Shown here one piece after another: positions 63,861-64,000 of a stretch of DNA of 64,000 nucleotides. Under the pieces are notes generated by a model. It did no database searches. It saw only the letters and a list, made by a program, of their open reading frames with translations, and had not been told where the DNA came from. Origin of the DNA: Octopus bimaculoides (Eukaryota); assembly GCF_001194135.2 (NCBI RefSeq), contig NC_068984.1, positions 90,116,329 through 90,180,328 on the forward strand. Direction: 5' to 3'. Made by a program: the position numbers and the translations under genes. Numbering within the stretch: the first letter of the stretch is position 1; the number at the start of each line of letters is the position of its first letter.

Positions 63861-64000
63861 CTACAGAACAAACACACCAATCACTAAACAGAACGACAAA
63901 ATACATTTTGGAGAATAAATATATATATACATATATATGCATACAGGAACATTTATAATACACACAAATACACACAAGCACACACACACACACACACACA

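Overview
AT-rich, microsatellite-dense animal genomic DNA with many N gaps. The repeat types and the gene suggest a coleoid cephalopod, probably Octopus (inference; not confirmed by a search). One intact protein-coding gene is present: a two-coding-exon, minus-strand class A GPCR of the vasopressin/GnRH/CCAP-NPS receptor superfamily. Exon 1 is 34390-33917 and exon 2 is 16177-15479, joined across a phase-0 GT-AG intron of 17.7 kb to give 390 aa. It carries atypical microswitch residues (Gly at 1.50, DRH, NPxxF). Most other recognisable sequence is decayed transposons: mariner, Tc1, maT, Tigger, Helitron, R4/Dong, RTE, CR1, Penelope, L1/Tx1 and several tRNA-derived SINE families. Most notable unexplained structure: (1) two near-complete minimal hammerhead ribozymes, one in the tail of a tRNA-headed SINE-like element, plus several decayed cores; (2) a NAP1 C-terminal coding fragment fused to a Penelope-type terminal repeat inside the GPCR intron; (3) a 1.13-kb element with about 290-bp TIRs, AG...CT ends and a 6-bp target duplication; (4) a 224-bp foldback palindrome carrying the first visible polyA signal downstream of the GPCR; (5) an ORF1-only retroelement abutted by an L1/Tx1 element. 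All alignments and translations were done by eye, and TE boundaries are approximate unless TIRs or TSDs are quoted.
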